From: an uncultured Acidobacteriota bacterium
GTDB lineage: Bacteria; Actinomycetota; Acidimicrobiia; Spongiisociales; ZC4RG35
Reading direction: 5' to 3'
NCBI GenBank assembly: GCA_963848695.1
Contig: CAWKEI010000016.1
Location: forward strand, 5,331 to 69,330
DNA: 64,000 nucleotides
Under the pieces are notes generated by a model. It was not told where the DNA came from. It did no database searches and saw only the letters and a list, made by a program, of their open reading frames with translations. This document shows positions 59,090-64,000 of the stretch, piece after piece. Within the stretch, counting starts at the first letter, position 1; every line of letters starts with the position of its first letter. Both the position numbers and the translations under genes were made by a program.

Positions 59090-61183
59090 TTGGACACCGA
59101 AAGCCCCTTCACCGAACTCCAGGTGATCGATCAGCAGGGCCGATTCGTCGGCGAGGACCCCGGCCTCGACCCTGACCTCTACCAACGGATGTATCGCAAC
59201 ATGGTCCTCGCCCGTGAGCTGGACCGGCGAATGCTCGCTCTACAGCGTCAGGGCCGGATCGGCACGTACGCCATGCTCGAGGGCCAGGAAGCGGTGCAGA
59301 TCGGATCCGCCCTCGCCCTCGACCCCGACGACTTCGTCTTTCCCTCATATCGGGAGCACGGCGTCCAGGTCACCAGGGGGCTTCCGATCGAGGTGCTGCT
59401 CGCCTACTGGAAGGGGCTCCCCAACGCCCGTTGGGACATGGAGAAATACCGCACCGGGATCGTGGCGGTGCCGATCGCCACCCAGCTCCCACATGCGGTC
59501 GGCTATTCGTATGTGACCAAGCTGAGGGGTGAGAGGACCGTCACCGCGGTCTACTTCGGGGACGGCGCCACCTCCGAGGTCGACTTCCACTCGGGGATGA
59601 ACTTCGCAGGCGTCTGGAAGACACCGACAGTTTTCATTTGCGCCAACAACCTCTATGCCATTTCGGTGCCCTACGACAAGCAGACCGCTTCCGAGACCAT
59701 CGCCCAAAAGGCAGGGGCCTATGGCTTCGAAGGGATCAGAGTCGACGGGATGGACGCAATCGCCGTCTACCAGGCCACCACCGAGGCGGTGCGGCGGGCC
59801 CGCGACGGAGGGGGCCCGACCTTGATCGAGGCCATGACCTATCGCTACGGCCCGCATGCCACAGCCGACGATCCGACTCTGTATCGATCCCGGGAGGAAG
59901 AGGAGTCATGGCGTCAACGAGACCCGATCGAAAGGCTCCGTCGCTTTCTCGAAGGGCGGGGCGAGTGGGACGAGGCCGTCGAGGAGAAGGTGACGATGGA
60001 GACCTCGGACCTGGTCGCCGCGGCAATCACCGAGATCGAAGCTCAGCCCCTCCCCGGGCGTGATGACGCCATCCGGCACGGCTTTCATCGCATCCCGGCC
60101 CATGTCGTCGACCAACTCCACGAAATGCAGCGCTCTCATGGCGAGCCGCCGACGCATTTCGACCCCGCCGAGATCTGGTCTGTAGAGCGAGACGAGATGC
60201 CGGCCGGTGGCCCGGCTCGCTCGATGACGATGGCGGAGGCGATCAATGCCGCCCTGCACGAATCGATGGAGCGCGATCCGAGCGTGATCGTGCTCGGTGA
60301 GGACGTCGGCCTGTCAGGCGGTGTCTTCCGGGTGACCGAGGGCTTGCAGTCGAGCTACGGGGAGAGCCGTGTGATCGACACCCCTCTCAACGAGTCCGGC
60401 ATCGTCGGCGCCTCGGTGGGGATGGCGCTCGCCGGGGCACGGCCGGTGGCCGAGATCCAATTCGACGGCTTCGTCTACCCGGCGTTCGACCAGATCGTCA
60501 GCCATCTCGGGAGGTACCGATTCCGGACGCGGGGCACCTCCGAGGTCCCGGTCGTGGTGCGTTTTCCGAGCGGGGCCGGGATCGGAGCGCACGAGCATCA
60601 TTGCGACTCGCCCGAGGCCTACTTCGTCCACGCCCCCGGGCTGGTCGTGGTGTGCCCATCGACCCCGATCGAGGCGAAAGGTCTGCTTGCCTCGGCCCTC
60701 ACCGGCCATGACCCGGTCATTTTCCTGGAGCCAAAGGTCCTGTATCGGGCCATCCGGGAGGATGTGCCCACCGATCACTACACCCTCCCCATCGGAAGGG
60801 CGCGGGTGAGACGGGAGGGAAGGGATCTGACCCTCGTCACCTACGGCGGGATGGTCCCGGTGGCCCTGGAGGCGGCGGACCGGGTGAGCTCGTCGGTGGA
60901 GGTCATCGATCTCCGCACCCTCTTCCCGTGGGATCGGGAAACCGTCCTCGCCTCGGTGAGGAGGACGGGCCGGTTGCTCCTGATCCAGGAGCCACAGGGA
61001 TCGGCCGGCGTAGCCGCCGAGGTGGCCGCCGTCGTCGCCGAGCAGGCGCTCTACGACTTGCAGGCCCCGATCGTTCGCGTCACGGGATTCGACGTGCCCT
61101 GGCCTCAGTTCGCCATCGAGTCCCATGCTTTGATCGATGCCGAGCGTGTGGTGGCGGGGATCGAGCAGGTCATGACCGGGTGA
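59090..61183 (+). CDS. Fused E1 alpha-beta subunit of a 2-oxoacid (pyruvate/branched-chain) dehydrogenase
   Basis: Alpha: LQRQGRI, GQEA, YREH, GDGATSE..NN, YRYGPH.TADDP; beta: GEDVG..GGVFRVT, DTPLNE, EIQF, HEHH, VIDLRTL; TTG start inferred. Confidence 0.92.
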   Translation: MDTESPFTELQVIDQQGRFVGEDPGLDPDLYQRMYRNMVLARELDRRMLALQRQGRIGTYAMLEGQEAVQIGSALALDPDDFVFPSYREHGVQVTRGLPIEVLLAYWKGLPNARWDMEKYRTGIVAVPIATQLPHAVGYSYVTKLRGERTVTAVYFGDGATSEVDFHSGMNFAGVWKTPTVFICANNLYAISVPYDKQTASETIAQKAGAYGFEGIRVDGMDAIAVYQATTEAVRRARDGGGPTLIEAMTYRYGPHATADDPTLYRSREEEESWRQRDPIERLRRFLEGRGEWDEAVEEKVTMETSDLVAAAITEIEAQPLPGRDDAIRHGFHRIPAHVVDQLHEMQRSHGEPPTHFDPAEIWSVERDEMPAGGPARSMTMAEAINAALHESMERDPSVIVLGEDVGLSGGVFRVTEGLQSSYGESRVIDTPLNESGIVGASVGMALAGARPVAEIQFDGFVYPAFDQIVSHLGRYRFRTRGTSEVPVVVRFPSGAGIGAHEHHCDSPEAYFVHAPGLVVVCPSTPIEAKGLLASALTGHDPVIFLEPKVLYRAIREDVPTDHYTLPIGRARVRREGRDLTLVTYGGMVPVALEAADRVSSSVEVIDLRTLFPWDRETVLASVRRTGRLLLIQEPQGSAGVAAEVAAVVAEQALYDLQAPIVRVTGFDVPWPQFAIESHALIDAERVVAGIEQVMTG

Positions 61184-61725
61184 GCGGCGATAGAGCGGTC
61201 GCGGTATTCGGCTCTTCGCAGACGGAGCCGGGATCGGACGAATGGGAGGGAGCACACGACGCCGGGACCCGCCTCGCCGCGGCCGGATACGCCGTGATCA
61301 CCGGTGGCTACGGGGGCACGATGGAGGCGGTGTCGAGCGGGGCTGCCGGAGGCGGGGGTCGCGTGATCGGCGTCACTGCGCCGATCCTCTTCCCCGACCG
61401 GGTGGTGGCGAATCCTTTTGTCGATGAGGTGATCGAGGCGTCGAGCCTGGCCAACCGGATCGAAATCATGATGCAGAGGTCCACTGCCACGCTCGCCCTC
61501 CCCGGCTCGATTGGCACAGCCGCCGAGCTTCTCATCGCCTGGAACACCAACCATCTCCTCCGTCACGCCGGGGCCGCACCCCGGGTGAGTGTGGCCGTCG
61601 GACAAGGCTGGCGGGCCCTGGCCCGTGCCCTCGTCGACATGAACGGCGCCGTCGAGGACGACGTGATCTGGGCCGATTCGGTCGAGGAGGGAGTGGACCG
61701 CCTGCTGGCCGGCCTGGCTGACTAG
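61180..61725 (+). CDS. LOG/SLOG family nucleotide-binding protein
   Basis: AVFGSS, TGGYGGTMEAVS.GA, LPGSIGT..EL; GTGA overlap. Confidence 0.85.
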   Translation: MSGDRAVAVFGSSQTEPGSDEWEGAHDAGTRLAAAGYAVITGGYGGTMEAVSSGAAGGGGRVIGVTAPILFPDRVVANPFVDEVIEASSLANRIEIMMQRSTATLALPGSIGTAAELLIAWNTNHLLRHAGAAPRVSVAVGQGWRALARALVDMNGAVEDDVIWADSVEEGVDRLLAGLAD

Positions 61726-61791
61726 TCATATCAGACGCGGCCGGGACGTGTCTTGACATTCGCCGCCACGGCGTGATCCTCAGGCGAGCAG

Positions 61792-61998
61792 ATGAAGCAT
61801 CTCCGCCCCCAGGGAATCTCCCTACTTCACCGCAGGTCGTCCTGCCGCCGAGGCCATCATCGATATGGCCCCCCGCAACAGGTTGGGGGTGGCATTCTCC
61901 GCCAGGTCTGCATGACCTGCGGATCGGTGACCATCGACCTCACCGGAGCGACGGACGTCGTCGATGAGCCGATGACGGCGAAACACTTGGAGACGTAG
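61792..61998 (+). CDS. Putative 68-aa Cys/His zinc-binding small protein
   Basis: C..GHH...CxxCG motif; TTGACA at 61753 upstream. Confidence 0.5.
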   Translation: MKHLRPQGISLLHRRSSCRRGHHRYGPPQQVGGGILRQVCMTCGSVTIDLTGATDVVDEPMTAKHLET

Positions 61999-62024
61999 GC
62001 TCCGCCGCATCTAGAGTCCCCGCG

Positions 62025-62903
62025 GTGACACGACACGTTCGAGCTGCCGGGGGTGTCGTCTACCGCAAGACGCCGAAAGGCAAGATCCGGGTCCTGGTCG
62101 TCCACCGTCCGCGCTACGACGATTGGACTCTCCCCAAGGGCAAAGCAGATCCCAAAGAGACACCTGAGGGGACTGCCGTCCGGGAGGTGCTCGAGGAGAC
62201 CGGGAATCACTGTCGGATCGTCGCCCCACTCGGGGCAACGCGGTACCGGGTGGTGGGTGGAGTCAAAGAAGTCAATTGGTTCGCCATGAAGCCCCTTCCC
62301 GACAGCCCAGGGTTCTCCAAGAACTCCGAGGTGGACAAGGTGAAATGGCTCTCACGTCGCAAGTTGCTCGATCGTCTCACCTACGACCAGGATCGTGAGC
62401 TGGTCGAGGGGACAGACCTCAAGAAGCTGGCTCAAACCGGCGCCCTGTACTTGATCCGGCACACCACTGCCGGGAACCGAGAGAGTTGGAAAGGCCGCGA
62501 CGAGGACCGCTCGCTCACGAAGAAGGGTTGGCGTGAGGCCGATGCCATTGCCGGCTCCCTGGCTGACTCCGGGATCGAACGGATCGTCTCCAGCCCGTTC
62601 GAGCGCTGTGTGCAGACGGTCAAGCCATTGGCCAAGTTGATCAAGGCCCGAATCGAGACATCGCCGCTGCTGGCCGAAGAGCCTGACATCGATGCCGCCT
62701 ACGAATTGGTCGACAGTCTGATCGGCGCCAACACCGTGATCTGCTCACATGGCGACGTGATCCCGGCACTGATCAACAGGATGATGTGGGCGGGCCTCAC
62801 CCTCGAGTCCCGGTTCTACTGCTCGAAGGGCTCGATCTGGGAGGTCGGCGTGGACAGCGGGAAGTTCACCACCGCCCGTTACATGCCCCCTCCCGAGGTC
62901 TGA
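62025..62903 (+). CDS. NUDIX hydrolase plus histidine phosphatase fusion (MutT1-like)
   Basis: AAGGVV, HRPRYDDWTLPKGK, REVLEETG; IRH..AG.R..W...D..R.L, SSP..RC.QT, CSHG.VIP. Confidence 0.9.
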   Translation: MTRHVRAAGGVVYRKTPKGKIRVLVVHRPRYDDWTLPKGKADPKETPEGTAVREVLEETGNHCRIVAPLGATRYRVVGGVKEVNWFAMKPLPDSPGFSKNSEVDKVKWLSRRKLLDRLTYDQDRELVEGTDLKKLAQTGALYLIRHTTAGNRESWKGRDEDRSLTKKGWREADAIAGSLADSGIERIVSSPFERCVQTVKPLAKLIKARIETSPLLAEEPDIDAAYELVDSLIGANTVICSHGDVIPALINRMMWAGLTLESRFYCSKGSIWEVGVDSGKFTTARYMPPPEV

Positions 62904-62945
62904 CACCGTCCACCGAGCCTTCTACACAGGCGTACATTTCCGCCG

Positions 62946-64000
62946 ATGGACATCGAAAAGGGCCATATGTTCATCGGCCACGAGTTGGGCGACTCCAACG
63001 AGCCACTCATCTATGACAGCGCCGACTTCACCACTCACGGCGTGATCGTTGGCATGACCGGCTCGGGCAAGACCGGTCTCGGCATCACGATCCTCGAGGA
63101 GGCCCTGCTCAACGATATCCCCTGCCTGATCATCGATCCCAAGGGCGACATGGGCAACCTCCTCCTCAGTTTTCCCGACTTCGCCCCCGCCGACTTCCGA
63201 CCCTGGATCGACGAGGCAGAAGCGAATCGGCAGGGGGTGACCCCAGACCAGCTCGCCACCGACGCGGCCACCTCCTGGAAGGAAGGCTTGGCCGGATCAG
63301 GGATCACACCGGAACGGCTCACCGCCCTCCGTGATGGCACCGAGATGACGATCTACACCCCCGGCTCGGGAGCGGGTGTCGGCCTCAACGTGCTCGGCTC
63401 GATGAAGGCGCCTTCGCTCGATTGGGAGACACAGGGCGAATTGATCAACGACGAGATCGAGGCGTTCGTCTCTTCGCTCCTCTCCCTGGCCGACATCGAG
63501 GCAGACCCCGTGTCGAGCCCTGATCACATCCTCCTGTCCACCATCATCGCCACGTTCTGGCGGGAGGGCAGGGACCTCGACCTGGCCACTCTCGTGGGCC
63601 AGGTTCCCCAGCCACCATTTCGCAAGCTCGGCGTATTCGATATCGACACCTTCTTCCCGGAGAAGGACCGAATGGCGCTGGCGATGAAACTGAACGGATT
63701 GCTGGCATCGCCATCGTTCGCGGCGTGGCTGGAGGGAACCCCTCTCGACGTTGGCGAGATGCTCTCCGGCGGCGACAAGACGAAAGCCGCGATCGTGTAC
63801 CTCACCCATCTGTCAGATTCGGAACGACTATTCGTGGTGACCCTGCTCCTCTCCAAGGTGGTGTCATGGTTCCGGGCCCAGCCGGGCACGGCCGACCTTC
63901 GGGCCCTGATCTACATGGACGAGGTGTTCGGTTTCGTGCCCCCGACCGCTGAGCCTCCATCGAAGAAGCCGATACTGACGATTCTCAAACAGGCGCGGGC
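62946..64000 (+). CDS. HerA/FtsK-like ATPase (DUF87/DUF853-type), truncated by the window end
   Basis: MDIEKGHMFIG...TTHGVIVGMTGSGKTG, IIDPKGD, IYTPGS, LIYMDEVFGF.PP, LKQAR. Confidence 0.88.
   Translation, partial: MDIEKGHMFIGHELGDSNEPLIYDSADFTTHGVIVGMTGSGKTGLGITILEEALLNDIPCLIIDPKGDMGNLLLSFPDFAPADFRPWIDEAEANRQGVTPDQLATDAATSWKEGLAGSGITPERLTALRDGTEMTIYTPGSGAGVGLNVLGSMKAPSLDWETQGELINDEIEAFVSSLLSLADIEADPVSSPDHILLSTIIATFWREGRDLDLATLVGQVPQPPFRKLGVFDIDTFFPEKDRMALAMKLNGLLASPSFAAWLEGTPLDVGEMLSGGDKTKAAIVYLTHLSDSERLFVVTLLLSKVVSWFRAQPGTADLRALIYMDEVFGFVPPTAEPPSKKPILTILKQAR

Noticed and set aside
62946-64000. HerA-based anti-phage system
   Set aside because: The gene is truncated by the window and no Sir2, nuclease or NurA partner is visible upstream; cannot be supported

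Overview
High-GC actinobacterial chromosome segment, most consistent with Acidimicrobiia (inferred from gene content and order). It is almost all core genome: radA-disA-carD-ispF-cysS-rlmB-tRNA-Thr(TGT); a YhhQ/BMP nucleoside-type ABC transporter followed by a P450; clpC; sigR-rsrA-zincin-tilS-hpt-ftsH and folE-folP-folB-folK/DUF2520-panC-lysS; tmk-holB-tRNA-Thr(CGT); topA, PhoH2, PolX; a Tad/Flp pilus locus; hup; a fused E1 alpha-beta 2-oxoacid dehydrogenase; MutT1; and a truncated HerA-like ATPase. I saw no CRISPR array, rRNA, transposase or integrase. The most notable signals not explained by standard annotation are: (1) a leaderless 16-codon RGPPP leader peptide whose Pro-Pro codons are a perfect anti-Shine-Dalgarno for an unknown basic 113-aa protein, a candidate ribosome-stalling-sensing attenuator; (2) an apparently split IspD, where the main gene lacks the DTxK..DR..W arm and a divergent 99-aa gene carries it; (3) a Cys-less phosphatase-fold gene overlapping folP and folB, a candidate for the missing folate dephosphorylation step; (4) a free-standing I-Ssp6803I-like PD-(D/E)XK endonuclease abutting tRNA-Thr, with an SD-sequestering hairpin; (5) a stop-codon-anchored repeat family TGATTGCCGGCCGA; and (6) unannotated small proteins. 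Two single-base frameshifts (topA, hisC/pat) look like sequencing errors. All family assignments come from motif recognition, not database searches.
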